Part shown: positions 37,981 through 41,132 of the stretch, one piece after another
Layout of the letters: each line of letters opens with the position of its first letter
Position numbering within the stretch: position 1 is the stretch's first letter
Assembly (NCBI GenBank): GCA_945901215.1
Contig: CAMDKE010000001.1
Coordinates: 1 to 41,132, forward strand
Source: Comamonas sp. lk
GTDB lineage: Bacteria > Pseudomonadota > Gammaproteobacteria > Burkholderiales > Burkholderiaceae_C
DNA length: 41,132 bases
Direction of reading: 5' to 3'
The notes under the pieces: generated by a model
What the model saw: only the letters and a program-made list of their open reading frames with translations
What the model was told of the DNA's origin: nothing
Database searches by the model: none
Made by a program: the position numbers and the translations under genes

Positions 37981-39522
37981 TCAGGCGTTTTTAAAGGTCC
38001 GCCGGTATTGCATCGCTTCGGCCACATGGGCCAGGGCCGTAGATTGGGAGTCAGCGAGGTCGGCAATCGTGCGGGCAATTTTCAGCGTGCGGTGGGTGCC
38101 GCGCGCTGACCAACCGAGTTGCGCCGCTGCGCTTTGCAAGAACTTGGCAGCGGTTGGCTCCAGACGTGCGTGCAGGTCAATGTCGCCGCCGGCCAGCGCT
38201 TGGTTGGCCTTGCCCTGGCGTGCTTCGGCACGCGCACGCGCGTTGGTGCAGCGCGCACGAATGCTCTGCGTGGACTCGCCTGCCGCAGCGCCCAGCAATT
38301 CGTGCGCGGGGAGGGCCGGCACCTCCACATGCAGGTCGATGCGGTCCATCAAGGGGCCGCTGAGCTTGCCTTGGTAGCGGCTGACCTGGTCGGGCGTGCA
38401 GCGGCAGGCGCGCGTGGTGGCGCCCAGGTAGCCGCAAGGGCAGGGGTTCATGGCGGCGATCAGCTGAAAGCGCGCCGGAAACTCAGCCCGGCGTGCCGCC
38501 CGGGAAATGGTGATGGTGCCGGTTTCCAAGGGTTCACGCAGGGCTTCCAGGGCATGCCGGGGAAACTCGGGCAACTCGTCGAGAAACAGCACTCCGTGGT
38601 GTGCCAGTGAGATTTCGCCAGGGCGCGGTGGCGAGCCACCGCCCACCAAGGCCACCGCGCTGGCCGAATGGTGCGGGCTGCAGGTGGGGCGCTGGCCCCA
38701 GTGTCGGATGTCAAAGCGCCCACTCAGGCTGCCAATGGCCGCACTTTGCAGCGCCTCGTCGGTCGCCATGGGCGGCAGCAGTCCGGCAAAGCGCTGGGCC
38801 AGCATGGACTTGCCCGCGCCGGGCGGACCCACCAATAGCAGGCTGTGCCCCCCAGCGGCAGCAATTTCTAGCGCGCGTTTGGCCCCTATCTGGCCCTTCA
38901 CATCCGACAGGTCGGCCAGTGCGCCGCCCTCCAGAATCGGGCCCGGGCACACCCTTGCCCAGCTCTCGCCACCCATTCCGTCCGGTTCAGGCACCAGTGC
39001 CCCGTCGGGGGCGAACTGGCGCACCACGTCGAGCAGATGCGCCGCGCGGTAAACCTGGGTGCCGGGAACCAAGGCTGCCTCCTCAGCGCTGCCCGGGGGT
39101 AAAACCAGACGCTTGTTGACCTGCGCGGTGTGCAGGGCCAGCGCCATGGCCAAGGCACCGCGCACCGGGCGCAGCGCGCCTGACAGCGACAGCTCACCGG
39201 CAAATTCGTAGTCGGCCAGGCGCGCGCCGTCAATCTGCCCACTGGCCGCCAAAATGCCCAGGGCGATGGGCAAATCCAGGCGGCCCGAGTCTTTGGGCAG
39301 GTCGGCCGGGGCCAAGTTCACCGTGATGCGTTTGTTGTGAGGAAACTCCAGCCCCGCGTTCTGAATAGCGCAGCGCACCCGCTCACGCGCCTCTTTCACC
39401 TCCACGTCGGCCAGGCCCACCAGCGTAAAGCTGGGCAAACCATTCGCCATGTGGACTTCGACAGTCACTTGCAATGCGTCAAGCCCGAGCAAGACGCGGC
39501 TTTGAACCAAAGACAGACTCAT
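37981..39522 (-). CDS. comM: ComM / YifB Mg-chelatase-like AAA+ helicase
   Basis: ITVNLAPADLPK, GPPGAGKSM, PHHSAS, GEISLAHHGVLFLDELPEF and AAMNPCPCG motifs. Start at ATG 39522. Confidence 0.93.
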   Translation of the reverse strand: MSLSLVQSRVLLGLDALQVTVEVHMANGLPSFTLVGLADVEVKEARERVRCAIQNAGLEFPHNKRITVNLAPADLPKDSGRLDLPIALGILAASGQIDGARLADYEFAGELSLSGALRPVRGALAMALALHTAQVNKRLVLPPGSAEEAALVPGTQVYRAAHLLDVVRQFAPDGALVPEPDGMGGESWARVCPGPILEGGALADLSDVKGQIGAKRALEIAAAGGHSLLLVGPPGAGKSMLAQRFAGLLPPMATDEALQSAAIGSLSGRFDIRHWGQRPTCSPHHSASAVALVGGGSPPRPGEISLAHHGVLFLDELPEFPRHALEALREPLETGTITISRAARRAEFPARFQLIAAMNPCPCGYLGATTRACRCTPDQVSRYQGKLSGPLMDRIDLHVEVPALPAHELLGAAAGESTQSIRARCTNARARAEARQGKANQALAGGDIDLHARLEPTAAKFLQSAAAQLGWSARGTHRTLKIARTIADLADSQSTALAHVAEAMQYRRTFKNA

Positions 39523-39571
39523 AAAAAACTCCCTGAAACGGTGCGTGAATACCCACTCCAACGTCCGCCGC

Positions 39572-39588
39572 CGCACTTTTTGCGTGCA
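39572..39588. promoter_or_regulatory. NtrC-like site upstream of glnK
   Basis: CGCACT-TTTTG-CGTGCA (GCAC-N7-GTGC), about 90-100 bp upstream of the sigma54 promoter. Confidence 0.6.
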
Positions 39589-39590
39589 AG

Positions 39591-39606
39591 CTGTATTTAT
39601 ATACAG
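39591..39606. promoter_or_regulatory. LexA (SOS) box upstream of comM
   Basis: CTGT-ATTTATAT-ACAG fits CTGT-N8-ACAG with an AT-rich spacer and extends to AGCTGTAT..ATACAGCT. Confidence 0.8.
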
Positions 39607-39679
39607 CTACGATAGTCGAATTTGTCCACTTTGAAAAGGGGTGTGGTTTGTTTGGTCGTAAAAACTTTGTGGAGTCACT

Positions 39680-39695
39680 TGGCACGGGTTCTGCT
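39680..39695 (+). promoter_or_regulatory. sigma54 promoter of glnK-amtB
   Basis: TGGCAC-GGGTT-CTGCT with exact GG-N10-GC spacing. Confidence 0.8.
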
Positions 39696-39773
39696 AGTTC
39701 AGCCCATCTCCCGTCCCCGCGGAGAGGCAGCGCAGTGATCCCGTGTGCCTGCAAACCACTCTTTTGAAGTTGA

Positions 39774-40121
<348 letters not shown>

Positions 40122-40142
40122 AGCCCGCACAGAAAGGAACTC

Positions 40143-41132
40143 ATGATGAAAAAACTATTTCTCTCCCTCGCACTGGGTCTGGGATTGCTGACGGCCGGTT
40201 CTTTTGCGCTAGCCCAAACCGAAGCCCCAGCAGCATCGGCGTCTGAAGCCCAAGCGGCAGCGCCAGCTGCTGCAACGGTAGCTGCAGAAGCTGCTGCGCC
40301 TGCGGCGGTGCCCAATAAAGGCGATATCGCCTGGATGATGGTCTGCACTTTGCTGGTGATTTTGATGGCGGTACCGGGCCTGGCGCTGTTTTACGGTGGC
40401 TTGGTGCGCAGCAAGAACATGCTGTCGGTGCTCATGCAAGTCATGGTCACCTTCTCGCTGATCGTGGTGCTGTGGTTCATCTATGGCTACAGCCTGGCCT
40501 TCACCGAGGGCGGCGCCTTTTTTGGTGGCTGGGACCGCGTGTTCATGCGGGGAGTGTGGGATAACGCTGCGGGTACTTTTGCCAATGCGGCGACCTTCAG
40601 TAAGGGCGTGGTCATCCCCGAGATCGTGTTTGCTGCTTTCCAGGCGACGTTTGCCGGTATCACCTGCGCCCTGATCGTCGGCTCCTTTGCCGAACGCGTG
40701 AAGTTCTCGGCCATGCTGGCTTTTATGGTGCTGTGGTTTACCTTCAGCTACGCTCCGATTGCACACATGGTCTGGTTCTGGATGGGGCCTGACGCCTACA
40801 CCGGTAAGGAAGTGGTCGACGCCATGAACGCCAAAGCCGGTTACCTGTGGCAGTCGGGCGCGCTGGATTTCGCCGGCGGCACCGTGGTACACATCAACGC
40901 AGCTGTGGCCGGTTTGGTGGGCGCCTACATGGTGGGCAAGCGCATTGGCTACGGAAAAGAATCGATGGCGCCACACAGCCTGACCTTGACTATGGTGGGC
41001 GCGTCGCTCTTGTGGGTGGGCTGGTTTGGTTTCAATGCCGGCTCCGCCTTGGAAGCCAACGGCTTTGCCGCGCTGGCCTTTATCAATACCTTTGGTGCCG
41101 CCGCTGCGGCTGTGCTGGCCTGGTGTGTGGGT
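40143..41132 (+). CDS. amtB: Ammonium transporter AmtB (partial, runs off the window)
   Basis: Manual reading gives MMKKLFLSLALG signal peptide, PGLALFYGGLVRSKN, FQATFA, DFAGGTVVHINA and LWVGWFGFNAGSA. Confidence 0.96.
   Translation, partial: MMKKLFLSLALGLGLLTAGSFALAQTEAPAASASEAQAAAPAAATVAAEAAAPAAVPNKGDIAWMMVCTLLVILMAVPGLALFYGGLVRSKNMLSVLMQVMVTFSLIVVLWFIYGYSLAFTEGGAFFGGWDRVFMRGVWDNAAGTFANAATFSKGVVIPEIVFAAFQATFAGITCALIVGSFAERVKFSAMLAFMVLWFTFSYAPIAHMVWFWMGPDAYTGKEVVDAMNAKAGYLWQSGALDFAGGTVVHINAAVAGLVGAYMVGKRIGYGKESMAPHSLTLTMVGASLLWVGWFGFNAGSALEANGFAALAFINTFGAAAAAVLAWCVG

Overview
This is a GC-rich bacterial chromosomal window, most consistent with a Comamonadaceae (Rhodoferax-like) betaproteobacterium. 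That assignment is inferred from gene order and protein style, not from a database search. Left part: DUF2189 membrane protein (partial), a Cys-less glutaredoxin-like protein, a Spy/CpxP chaperone, rdgC, a REP/REPIN-like long inverted repeat, copZ/copA, an old-yellow-enzyme reductase, an MFS transporter, a GMC oxidoreductase and a class II aldolase. Centre: the mnmG-rsmG-parA-(alpha/beta hydrolase)-parB run with two parS sites inside coding sequence, then a methyltransferase, a degenerate HD-GYP protein and a PduO-type adenosyltransferase. Right part: pckG, glutathione peroxidase, an unlisted 49-aa membrane peptide, recQ, comM with a LexA box, and sigma54/NtrC-driven glnK-amtB (partial). The most interesting part is about 23.2-32.3 kb. 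TauXY-like taurine dehydrogenase genes and a TauR-like MocR regulator sit beside a tauABC-like transporter that is translationally coupled to a guanidinopropionase (GpuA)-like ureohydrolase and followed by a RidA protein, with NtrC/sigma54-like motifs upstream. I propose this is a candidate taurocyamine (2-guanidinoethanesulfonate) nitrogen-scavenging pathway. No rRNA, tRNA, CRISPR array or transposase was recognised. All family assignments come from motif recognition by eye and recalled family features.
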